DNA of 32,000 bases, from the NCBI GenBank assembly GCA_026016245.1, contig CP061211.1, positions 330,001 to 362,000 on the forward strand, given 5' to 3'. A program made the translations under genes and the position numbers. This DNA comes from Candidatus Pacearchaeota archaeon (lineage in GTDB: Archaea > Nanobdellota > Nanobdellia > Pacearchaeales > UBA284). The notes beneath the pieces are model-generated. The model did no database searches. It saw only the letters and a list, made by a program, of their open reading frames with translations, and had not been told where the DNA came from. Of the stretch, positions 17,262 to 25,170 are shown piece by piece (within the stretch, counting starts at the first letter, position 1; the number at the start of each line of letters is the position of its first letter).

Positions 17262-18371
17262 TTATCTGAATGATTTTAAAATTTCTGAAATTGATTTTTC
17301 CTTTACATTTCCAATAACTTCTTTTCTTTCAGGATAATTTTCAAAAAATTGAGCATAACAATTACTTACATAACCATCATGGCTTATTCTTATTTGTTTA
17401 GTAAAAACATCATTAATAGGAAGATAATTTATTATAACTCTGTTAGTTCCATATTCATATTTATTAAATATAACCCCATATTCATCAATAAAAAGATTCT
17501 TTAAATCAATAGTTTCTTTTTCAACTAATTTATCCATTATTGATTTTGTTGTGTCATAATCATTTTTAATTATAATTTCAAGGTCATTGAATTTATTAAA
17601 ATCAAAAATTCTTCCATTGGCAATTTTTTGATATATTTCTACGATTTTTTCATCGGAAATATTTAATTCCCCATTTCCTTTTGGTGTTGGAATATATGGA
17701 GAAATAAGAAGATTTTTTAAACCAAATCCATAACTGGTTTTAAAAAATTCAGGTAAATTTTCTTTATTATGATTATTTAATGTATGAATAATAAATACTT
17801 TTTCTAAGAGCCTAGGATATTCATGCATTAGTTTTATATTATTTATGGTTTTTTCAAAATTACCTTTTCCTCTAATATAATCGTGTTTTTCTTTTGTTCC
17901 ATCAAGACTTATATCAATATAATTTGGCATAATTTCTGCTAGTTCTTTAATAATTTTTTTATTCATTAAAGTAGCATTAGTAACAATACCAAATCTTAAT
18001 TTAGAAATTTTTTCTCTTTTTTCAGCAAGAAAATATAGTAATTCTTTGGTTTTATCCCAACTTAATAAAGGTTCTTTTCCAACATTCCCAAATGTTAGTG
18101 CTCCCATATCAATCAATTCACCAAAAACATTTTTCCATTCTTTAATACTTAATTCATCATTTTTATTATTATAACCAACATAACAATGTCTACATTTGAG
18201 ATTACAAATATTATTAATAAAATAAGAAATATCTAATTCTTCTAATAAATTTTGTTTTGTAGAGAGAGAAGTATGACTATTACTAACACCGCCACAACTT
18301 CCTGAAAATCCTATTGCCATTTTTTTATGATTTGAGATTCCTCCATTGCTTCCTGAAAACCCCATTGCCAT
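17262..18371 (-). CDS. Radical SAM enzyme (SPASM/twitch-family-like core, no full auxiliary Cys cluster) with two N-terminal copies of the GFSGSxGG(I/V)S tag
   Basis: Contains CNLKCRHC (CX3CX2C), GNVGKEPLL, FGIVTNATL and ISLDGTKEKHDYIRGKGNFEKTINNIKL, all typical of peptide-modifying radical SAM families. The C-terminus has one Cys only (HDGYVSNCY). The track start at 18380 is TTG. The first ATG at 18371 gives MAMGFSGSNGGISNHKK-MAIGFSGSCGGVSNSH.... There is no in-frame ATG between the second tag and the Cys cluster. Confidence 0.85.
   Translation of the reverse strand: MAMGFSGSNGGISNHKKMAIGFSGSCGGVSNSHTSLSTKQNLLEELDISYFINNICNLKCRHCYVGYNNKNDELSIKEWKNVFGELIDMGALTFGNVGKEPLLSWDKTKELLYFLAEKREKISKLRFGIVTNATLMNKKIIKELAEIMPNYIDISLDGTKEKHDYIRGKGNFEKTINNIKLMHEYPRLLEKVFIIHTLNNHNKENLPEFFKTSYGFGLKNLLISPYIPTPKGNGELNISDEKIVEIYQKIANGRIFDFNKFNDLEIIIKNDYDTTKSIMDKLVEKETIDLKNLFIDEYGVIFNKYEYGTNRVIINYLPINDVFTKQIRISHDGYVSNCYAQFFENYPERKEVIGNVKEKSISEILKSFR
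18282..18371 (-). repeat. Two in-frame tag-coding repeats at the 5' end of the radical SAM gene (copies 3 and 4 of 4)
   Basis: Minus strand: ATGGCAATGGGGTTTTCAGGAAGCAATGGAGGAATCTCA (18371..18333) and ATGGCAATAGGATTTTCAGGAAGTTGTGGCGGTGTTAGT (18320..18282). Compare ATGGCAATACCAGGGTTTTCAGGAAGCAATGGAGGCATAAGT (18745..18704) and ATGGCAGTACCAGGGTTTTCAGGAAGCGGTGGAGGCATATCT (18561..18520). Confidence 0.9.
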
Positions 18372-18372
18372 T

Positions 18373-18561
18373 TTATTCAAATGATTGCAGAAGTTTCTCT
18401 AATTCTTTGACCCCTTTTTCAAAAATTGGTTTATATTGTTTGTCAACTTGTTCTGCCAATTTTTTATATTTAGTTATTCCAACTTGGACATCTTTTTTAA
18501 TCACTGTTCTATAAAAATCAGATATGCCTCCACCGCTTCCTGAAAACCCTGGTACTGCCAT
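18373..18561 (-). CDS. Small protein B (62 aa) with N-terminal MAVPGFSGSGGGIS tag; candidate radical SAM substrate
   Basis: ATG start 1 nt after the stop of protein A (TAA-A-ATG). The same TAAAATGGCA junction links it to the radical SAM gene. The tail aligns with protein A (D(I/V)Q, Y, L..L..S.E). Confidence 0.7.
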   Translation of the reverse strand: MAVPGFSGSGGGISDFYRTVIKKDVQVGITKYKKLAEQVDKQYKPIFEKGVKELEKLLQSFE

Positions 18562-18562
18562 T

Positions 18563-18745
18563 TTACAATTTATCTTCTAAGGAATTGAATAATTTTTTTA
18601 GATTTGAAATTGATTCTTTAAATAAAACTTTATATTGGATTTTTGATTCATACTGGTCAATTAACTTTTGGATATCCCCTTTCTTTAGCTTCCTATACGT
18701 TCTACTTATGCCTCCATTGCTTCCTGAAAACCCTGGTATTGCCAT
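18563..18745 (-). CDS. Small protein A (60 aa) with N-terminal MAIPGFSGSNGGIS tag; candidate radical SAM substrate
   Basis: ATG start. It is the first gene of the minus-strand cassette. It has a Gly/Ser-rich 14-aa N-terminus followed by a Lys/Glu-rich helical tail. The + ORF 18585..18767 is its antisense shadow. Confidence 0.7.
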   Translation of the reverse strand: MAIPGFSGSNGGISRTYRKLKKGDIQKLIDQYESKIQYKVLFKESISNLKKLFNSLEDKL

Positions 18746-18836
18746 TGTATTAGAAATAGACAGTTAGAGAAGAAGAACCTTTTCCTCATTTTTTCCTTTA
18801 AAATTAAAAAAAAATATTAATCTATTTAATAGTAGA

Positions 18837-18853
18837 GCAAAAATTTATAAATA
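18837..18853 (+). promoter_or_regulatory. BRE/TATA promoter of the Lrp/AsnC gene (leaderless spacing)
   Basis: GCAAAAA-TTTATAAATA, with the TATA centre about 25 nt upstream of ATG 18873. Confidence 0.45.
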
Positions 18854-18872
18854 AAATACCCTATTAGTTTCT

Positions 18873-19823
18873 ATGAAAATAGATAAAATTGATAGGAAAT
18901 TACTAAGTTATTTATATCACAATTATAGAGAACCTCTAACTAAAATAGCAAAAGCATGTAAACTATCAAAGGATCAGGTTGGATATAGAGTTAGAAAATA
19001 TGAAAAAGAGGGGTTTATCAAAAAATATATTACTATTTTTAATTATAATCTCTTAGGTTATAATGAATTTATTGTAGTTTGGTTAAAATTAAAGAAAAAT
19101 AAAGAAAGTATTAAGAAAAAACTTGAAGGTATGAAAAATGTTGTCTCTGTTGGAGATATAATTACTAATTATAATTTATTCATTGATTTTGTTTCTAAAG
19201 ATAAACAAGAATTTGAAAGAGTATTTTATTCTTTTTTAAAAAAACATGAAAGGGAAATACAAGATTACTCAATTTTTATAATAACTTACGCTGAATTTTT
19301 TCCTCTCAAAGGTTTTGGAATATCTGACGTAGAAAAAACATATACTATTGTAAGTTCAGTAAAACCTATAAAAATTGATAAAAAAAGTTTAGAAGTTTTA
19401 AAAACATTAGAGAATAATGGTAGGGTAAGGATTATAGATATTGCAGAAAAAACGGGGCTTTCAAGTGAACTTATATTGTATAAATTGAAGCAATTTTACA
19501 AGAAAAAAATAATTCTTGGAATGAGAATACAATTTGATATGGAAAAATTAGGTTTTTATTTTGGGGTATTAAGAATTAAATTAAAAAATCAAACAGAAGA
19601 AATTAAATCAAAAATAAAAAAGTTTTGTAAGAATTATAAAAATATTAATGCTTTATCTTTTGGAATTTCTGAATATAATTGTTTAATACAAATTTTTTAT
19701 CAACAAGAAGAAGAATTTAGACAAACTATAAGAGACATTAATAAAGAATTTAAAGGAGAAATAGAAAAATCTGAAATTGTGTTAATAGAGAATGAGGGGA
19801 GAGTTAAAACTTTACCCTATTGA
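18873..19823 (+). CDS. Tandem-duplicated Lrp/AsnC-family transcriptional regulator
   Basis: Two HTH_AsnC-like segments are present: IDRKLLSYLYHNYREPLTKIAKACKLSKDQVGYRVRKYEKEGFIKKY and IDKKSLEVLKTLENNGRVRIIDIAEKTGLSSELILYKLKQFYKKKIILG. Each is followed by a RAM-like beta-alpha region (GYNEFIVVWLKLK / GFYFGVLRIKLK). Confidence 0.75.
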   Translation: MKIDKIDRKLLSYLYHNYREPLTKIAKACKLSKDQVGYRVRKYEKEGFIKKYITIFNYNLLGYNEFIVVWLKLKKNKESIKKKLEGMKNVVSVGDIITNYNLFIDFVSKDKQEFERVFYSFLKKHEREIQDYSIFIITYAEFFPLKGFGISDVEKTYTIVSSVKPIKIDKKSLEVLKTLENNGRVRIIDIAEKTGLSSELILYKLKQFYKKKIILGMRIQFDMEKLGFYFGVLRIKLKNQTEEIKSKIKKFCKNYKNINALSFGISEYNCLIQIFYQQEEEFRQTIRDINKEFKGEIEKSEIVLIENEGRVKTLPY

Positions 19824-19898
19824 TTTTTTCTTAATTTTCTAAAATTCAAAGACAGCAATAGCTATAAGATACAAAAAATAAAAAAATTAGAAAGTAGA

Positions 19899-21182
19899 TT
19901 ACAGTTTTTTAGGAGTTAGGTCGATACATATGCCTGCTGCTACTGTCTGTCCAGCATCCCTAACAGCAAATCTTGCCATATTAGGATTGTCAGATTGTTT
20001 TTCTATCACTAATGGTTTAAGCGGCTTAAGCTTTGCTATAACTACATCTCCATTCTTCACAAAGTCAGGATTTTCTTGAGCCACTTGTCCTGTTTTTGGA
20101 TCAAGTTTCTTTTGTAGCTCAACAAATTGTGCTGGCACTTGTGCTGTATGTATATGTAATACAGGTGTGTAACCTTTTGCAATAACAGTTGGATGATTGA
20201 TAACTGCTATCTGTGCTGTAAATTCCTCTGCTATTGGTGGTGGACTTGCTACAGAAGCAATGACATCTCCTCTTGCAATATCTGTCTTGCCTACACCACG
20301 AATGTTTATTCCTACATTATCTCCAGCAATAGCTTCTGGCATTGTTTCATGATGCATTTCTATTGTCTTAACTTCTCCTGAAATTCCTTTTCCTGTTTTT
20401 GCTGGCAAGACGATAACTTGTTCGCCCACTTTCATTTTTCCTGTTTCTATCTTACCGACTGGAACTGTTCCTACACCAGTAATTGTATAGACATCTTGGA
20501 CAGGCATTCTTAGAGGCATATCTGTTGGTTTCTTTGGCTCATCAAACAAATCAAATTGTTCAAGCAAAGTTGGACCTTTATACCAAGACATTTTATCACT
20601 TTTCTTTGTGATATTGTCACCAACAAAAGCACTTGCTGGTATAAAGTTCATCTTATCTGTTTTATAACCCGCTGTTTTTAGAAGTGTTGTTATATCTTCG
20701 ACAACTTTCTTGTACTTAGACTCATCATAGTTAACTGTATCCATCTGGTTCACAAGAACTGCCACCTGACCAACACCCATGGTTCTGGCCAGCCAAACAT
20801 GTTCTTTTGTTTGCGCCATAACACCATGCTGAACAGCTACAACAAGTATTGCTGCATCTGCTTGGCTTGTTCCTGTAATCATGTTCTTAACGAAATCTCT
20901 GTGTCCAGGAGCATCAATAACAGTAACACTATATTTATTTGTGACCATCTTCCTATATGCTAGATCTATAGTTAAACCTCTCTCACGCTCTTCCTTGAAT
21001 CTATCCATAACGAATGCGAACTCAAAACCTTTCTTACCTAGCTTCTCTGCAATATCCTTCATCTTTTGAAGTTCTTGTTCTGTAAACTTACCAGTCTCGA
21101 AAAACATCCTTCCTATAGCTGTACTTTTTCCATGATCAACATGTCCTATAAACACTACATTAAAGTTTGGTTTATTTGCCAT
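19899..21182 (-). CDS. tuf: Translation elongation factor EF-1 alpha
   Basis: Contains [17 protein letters not shown] and NQMD GTPase motifs, with archaeal/eukaryotic-type length and sequence. The track start at 21194 is TTG. The ATG at 21182 gives [21 protein letters not shown]. Confidence 0.97.
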   Translation of the reverse strand: MANKPNFNVVFIGHVDHGKSTAIGRMFFETGKFTEQELQKMKDIAEKLGKKGFEFAFVMDRFKEERERGLTIDLAYRKMVTNKYSVTVIDAPGHRDFVKNMITGTSQADAAILVVAVQHGVMAQTKEHVWLARTMGVGQVAVLVNQMDTVNYDESKYKKVVEDITTLLKTAGYKTDKMNFIPASAFVGDNITKKSDKMSWYKGPTLLEQFDLFDEPKKPTDMPLRMPVQDVYTITGVGTVPVGKIETGKMKVGEQVIVLPAKTGKGISGEVKTIEMHHETMPEAIAGDNVGINIRGVGKTDIARGDVIASVASPPPIAEEFTAQIAVINHPTVIAKGYTPVLHIHTAQVPAQFVELQKKLDPKTGQVAQENPDFVKNGDVVIAKLKPLKPLVIEKQSDNPNMARFAVRDAGQTVAAGICIDLTPKKL

Positions 21183-21282
21183 TTTATTTATCAAATTTTA
21201 AAACAAAAATTTAAAATTATTAAGAAAACAGAAAATATATTTATAAACCTTTCGTGTGTTTCTCGAGGAAATTAAAAACTAC

Positions 21283-22566
21283 TTAAAAAAATTCCAAGGC
21301 TTTTTTTAATTCTATATGTGTTTTTGCATAATTTTTCAATGTTTTTCCTTCCATTACTGCAGTCAGGGCTTGCCTTGCAGCTTTTGCTCCTCCAAATGTA
21401 CCTAAAGGATGGCCATGAATGCCTCCCCCCATTTGAATTATAATGTTTTTGCCTAAATGTTTTACAAGATAAGAAATATGCCCGGGATGAAGACCACCAG
21501 AACATACTGCAAAAGTAGGTTTGATATGATACCATCTTTGCTCTAACATGTGTCTTGATTCTAATCTATGGTCAAGGATCATTGATTGTTCCATTTCTTG
21601 ATCTAATCCAACAACTTCAGTCTTAGGAGTTTCCATTTTTCCTACAATAGTTCCTATATGGAGCTGATCTAAACCAATAAGTCTGGTTAGCTTTGCGATA
21701 ACAAGCATGCTGATTCCATGTCTTGGATTTCTGCTTAAGGCAGCATAACCTGCACGATGAGCATGTAATACTAACTTTAATTTTTCATTTTCTTCCCTAA
21801 GTGTCTGCAAAGCACCCCATCCACAAGAAACAATGTCAATCATAGCATACTCACAACCATGTTTCTTGACAAATCTTGCTCTTCTTAGCATTTCTTCAGT
21901 TTCTGCAGTTATATTTGGCATATACATCTTCTTTTCTCCTGTTTTTTCTTCAGCTTTATCTCTTGCTTTTAATGTTTCAATAACTCTAGTAAGAAATTTG
22001 TTGAAAGACTGACTAGATAAATTTTCATCATCTTTTACAATATCACAACCACCAATCCAAGCATTATAAGCAACTTGTGCATGTTCTTTCTCATTTAATC
22101 CTAATTTTGGCTTAATAATAGTTCCAAGAAGAGGCCTATCTTTAACTTTCAACAATTTCCTGACACCATAAATACCATACATAGGGCCTCTAAAACTCTT
22201 GATAATATTTTCAGGAAATTCTATATCCAACAATTTGAGATTTTTAATAGTCTTCATGCCAAAAATATTTCCTGCTATACTGCTTAAAATTTGTGGGATA
22301 TTGTTTAATTCAAAAAGAACAGAGGGATAGGCTATTTTGATGTAATAGCCTTTATTGCCTTTTATAGAGAAAACTTTTGCAACAAGTCTATCTATTCTTT
22401 TTGGAGCTTCTGTCACATCTGTCCAGGTTCCAATACTAGATTCAGAAGCTATGGCTCCAGCAGCTTCATGAGGCTTAATTTTTGAAGCAGGCTCCATATA
22501 AAATTCACATATGAGATCTGTCTTTTTTGGCTTATATTTTAAGTCAACATAATCAGTATACTTCAC
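21283..22566 (-). CDS. rbcL: RuBisCO large subunit, archaeal form III type
   Basis: Contains GGCDIVKDDENL (carbamylated Lys context), SIAGNIFGMK, LHAHRAGYAA, SGGLHPGH and GGGIHGHP. At 427 aa it aligns along its length with the Thermococcus form III enzyme as I remember it. GTG start. No small-subunit gene is present. Confidence 0.92.
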   Translation of the reverse strand: MKYTDYVDLKYKPKKTDLICEFYMEPASKIKPHEAAGAIASESSIGTWTDVTEAPKRIDRLVAKVFSIKGNKGYYIKIAYPSVLFELNNIPQILSSIAGNIFGMKTIKNLKLLDIEFPENIIKSFRGPMYGIYGVRKLLKVKDRPLLGTIIKPKLGLNEKEHAQVAYNAWIGGCDIVKDDENLSSQSFNKFLTRVIETLKARDKAEEKTGEKKMYMPNITAETEEMLRRARFVKKHGCEYAMIDIVSCGWGALQTLREENEKLKLVLHAHRAGYAALSRNPRHGISMLVIAKLTRLIGLDQLHIGTIVGKMETPKTEVVGLDQEMEQSMILDHRLESRHMLEQRWYHIKPTFAVCSGGLHPGHISYLVKHLGKNIIIQMGGGIHGHPLGTFGGAKAARQALTAVMEGKTLKNYAKTHIELKKALEFF

Positions 22567-22939
22567 TTTTCTTCACCTCTTTACCTCTTTTTATTTTATC
22601 TAATAAAACACAAACTTGATTTATTAAGTTTTTCTTTTCATCTAAGACACATTTACAATATTCATACTTAATTCTTTCATCTGAACGTTTTTTCTGTATT
22701 CTACAATCCTTATCTAAAGCACCATAATTACATAGGTATTTTACTCTGCTTTTTTTATCAAATTTTCTTGAAACATAACAGCACATGGTATCTTCTCTTT
22801 CAATAGGGTTACATCCATTGCCAAATATTTTATAATATAACACAATGGAAAAATCAGATACAAGGTTAAAAAACCAATCTGTAATATTTATATCTGACTC
22901 TGTAAATTTCTCTAACCAACTAGTTTTCCCCTTTGCCAT
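22553..22939 (-). CDS. Hypothetical Cys-rich protein overlapping the rbcL start
   Basis: About 128 aa from ATG 22939 (the track start at 22951 is TTG), with 9 Cys (GCNP, MCCY, LCNY, DCR, YCKC, VCV). Its 3' end overlaps rbcL by 14 nt. No family recognised. Confidence 0.45.
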   Translation of the reverse strand: MAKGKTSWLEKFTESDINITDWFFNLVSDFSIVLYYKIFGNGCNPIEREDTMCCYVSRKFDKKSRVKYLCNYGALDKDCRIQKKRSDERIKYEYCKCVLDEKKNLINQVCVLLDKIKRGKEVKKSEVY

Positions 22940-22999
22940 CTTTATTATCAAGATATTTCATATAAAAATATTATTATGCTAGAGAATAAAAAATAAGAG

Positions 23000-23071
23000 T
23001 GGGCCTACCAGGATTCGAACCTGGATCCTCCGGTCCGAAGCCGGGAGTTCTATCCATTAAACCATAGGCCC
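23000..23071 (-). tRNA. tRNA-Arg (anticodon UCG)
   Basis: The minus strand folds by hand as GGGCCTA TG GTTT AATGGATA GAAC T CCCGG CTTCGGA CCGGA GGAT CCAGG TTCGAAT CCTGG TAGGCCC A. The acceptor has 7 bp, the T arm 5 bp with a TTCGAAT loop, and the D arm 4 bp. The anticodon loop is C-U-UCG-G-A. There is one C27.A43 mismatch. There is no encoded CCA and no intron. ORF 22974..23195 is spurious. Confidence 0.85.
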
Positions 23072-23118
23072 AATAAAAACAAGAGAAGATATTTAAAATA
23101 CTTTTCTTTATTATTTTT

Positions 23119-24249
23119 ATGAAAAAGGGGATTAGTACTGCTGAAGCTATAGCTACTTTGGTAGGAATGATAATTGGTGCTGGAATTCTTGGCATTCCTT
23201 ATGTTATTGCACAGGCTGGATTATTCTGGGGTCTTGTTAATATCATAGGTATAGGTCTTATTGTCCTGCTTGTTTATCTTTATCTTGGTGAAGTCATCCT
23301 GAGAACAAAAGGTAAACACCAATTACCAGGATATGCCTCTCTTTATCTCGGCAAGGCTGGAAGAATTTTGATGTTAATTTCAATGCTACTTGTACAATAT
23401 GGTGCTCTAATAGCGTACATGTTTGGGGAGGGTGAAGTTTTAAGCTTTATTTTTCTTGGAACAGTTCCTTTGTCTTCACATCTCATGTTCTCAGTTATCT
23501 TTTTAGCAATGATGGCTGTATTTGTCTTTTTTGGTCTTAAAACTTTAGGTAAAGGAGAGTTAATTGGTCTTGGGGCTATTATTGTTATTGTTATAGCTAT
23601 TGCAGTTTATTTCTTACCTCAAGTTCAAGTAATTAATTTCATGAGCTCAAATCCTAACTTGACTTTCAGATTTTTCTTTCCTTTTGGGGCTGTTCTTTTT
23701 GCTTATCTTGGTTTTGCTGCAGTTCCAGAGATGAATGAGATTTTGAAAAATAAAAAAAAGATGAAAAAAGCTATCATTATAGGGGGTATAATACCCATTG
23801 CTGTCTATCTACTGTTTACTATAACTGTGATAGGTTTTAAAGGAATAGCAACTCCTGAAATAGCAACTATGGCTTTGGGAAAATTTGTTTCTTTATTTGC
23901 AGTATTTACTATGTTTACATCTTTCCTTGCAGTAGGAATAGCACAAAAAGAGATTTTTTGGTATGATTTAAAATTTAAACATTTTATGTCATGGTTGCTT
24001 ACATTCCTTCCTGTTTTGCTAATAACTCTGTTAATTATCTTCTTTAATCTTGTAGGTTTTATAGGTATAATTTCATTTGCCGGCGCTGTTGGAGGGGGGA
24101 TTGCAGGGATCTTAATTATGTTGATGGCAATTAGAGCAAAAAAATTAGGCCAGAGAAAGCCGGAATACACTGTAGGAATAAATTGGCTTGTGGCAGGAAT
24201 CTTAATTTTGCTGTTTGCCTTAGGGATACTTTATCAGTTTATGTTTTAA
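23119..24249 (+). CDS. Amino acid permease (APC-superfamily, Trp/Tyr-permease-like)
   Basis: 376 aa with about 11 hydrophobic helices. The N-terminus STAEAIATLVGMIIGAGILGIPYVIAQAG is typical of amino-acid transporter families. Confidence 0.7.
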   Translation: MKKGISTAEAIATLVGMIIGAGILGIPYVIAQAGLFWGLVNIIGIGLIVLLVYLYLGEVILRTKGKHQLPGYASLYLGKAGRILMLISMLLVQYGALIAYMFGEGEVLSFIFLGTVPLSSHLMFSVIFLAMMAVFVFFGLKTLGKGELIGLGAIIVIVIAIAVYFLPQVQVINFMSSNPNLTFRFFFPFGAVLFAYLGFAAVPEMNEILKNKKKMKKAIIIGGIIPIAVYLLFTITVIGFKGIATPEIATMALGKFVSLFAVFTMFTSFLAVGIAQKEIFWYDLKFKHFMSWLLTFLPVLLITLLIIFFNLVGFIGIISFAGAVGGGIAGILIMLMAIRAKKLGQRKPEYTVGINWLVAGILILLFALGILYQFMF

Positions 24250-24264
24250 AAATAAAAAAGAAAA

Positions 24265-25170
24265 ATGTTATGGTTAATTTTGGTATTAGTTTCAGTATTT
24301 ATTTGGGCACTTGTTAATATCTATGATAAACATATTATTACAGATGAACTTAGAGATCCTTTTTTATGCACAACAGTTTGTGGGATCATAACTTTTATTT
24401 TATTTGCTATTATAGTTTTCTTAACAAAACAAGAAATATGGCTGCCGCGTAATATTATTCTAACTTCAATGGGGGCTGGAATTTGTCTAGGAGTGGCTAT
24501 TTTTTTCTACTACAAGAGTTTAAGTCATGAAGAAGTTTCAAGAGTAATGCCAATGCTAGAGTTAGTACCTTTATTTACTCTTATATTAGCAACTATTTTT
24601 TTAAATGAATTCTTTACCTTAATAAAATATATTGGTATGGCTTTTCTTATTGCTGGAGGATTTTTAATTTCAATAAAAAAACATAAGAAAAAAAGTAAGA
24701 AATGGAAAGATAAATTCTATTTGACTTCTGTTATTATTACTGTTTTAATAGCTGCAATATTTTTTGCGACAAGAAGTGTTCTTTTAAGATATTCAACACT
24801 TTATGTTTCTACTATGCAAATAATCTTCTGGGTTGCTCTGGGTGAATTTCTTGTTGCCTTAATATTATTTATTTTTCATCATCCACATATCATCAAGAAA
24901 ACTCAGCTAAAAGGTTTTGAACATTTAGTAATTATTTCTATTATTAGTGCTTTAACATTCATTCTTTATATCTATGTTATCCAAATTGCTCCAGCTGTTT
25001 CTTTGGTTAGTGTTTTTGGTGCTGTACAGGGTTTGTTTGTTTTTATCATAGCTACTATATTAAGTAAAACTGGAAAAATTGTAAGAGAACCATTAAAAAA
25101 GGGTATAATAATTCAAAAAATAATGGCTATTATTATGATTATAGGGGGCATTATTTTAATTACACTTTAA
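24265..25170 (+). CDS. EamA/DMT-superfamily transporter
   Basis: 301 aa with about 10 TM helices arranged as two 5-TM halves separated by KKHKKKSKKWKDK. It ends with ...IIGGIILITL, typical of EamA repeats. Confidence 0.65.
   Translation: MLWLILVLVSVFIWALVNIYDKHIITDELRDPFLCTTVCGIITFILFAIIVFLTKQEIWLPRNIILTSMGAGICLGVAIFFYYKSLSHEEVSRVMPMLELVPLFTLILATIFLNEFFTLIKYIGMAFLIAGGFLISIKKHKKKSKKWKDKFYLTSVIITVLIAAIFFATRSVLLRYSTLYVSTMQIIFWVALGEFLVALILFIFHHPHIIKKTQLKGFEHLVIISIISALTFILYIYVIQIAPAVSLVSVFGAVQGLFVFIIATILSKTGKIVREPLKKGIIIQKIMAIIMIIGGIILITL

Noticed and set aside
18520-18745. The PGF in MA(I/V)PGFSGS as an archaeosortase PGF-CTERM sorting signal
   Set aside because: PGF-CTERM is C-terminal and is followed by a TM helix and a basic tail. 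Here the motif is at the extreme N-terminus with no hydrophobic segment, and two of the four copies lack the Pro.
22974-23195. 73-aa minus-strand ORF in the track
   Set aside because: It is laid over the tRNA-Arg gene (23000..23071) and the permease promoter and 5' end. The tRNA fold explains the sequence.
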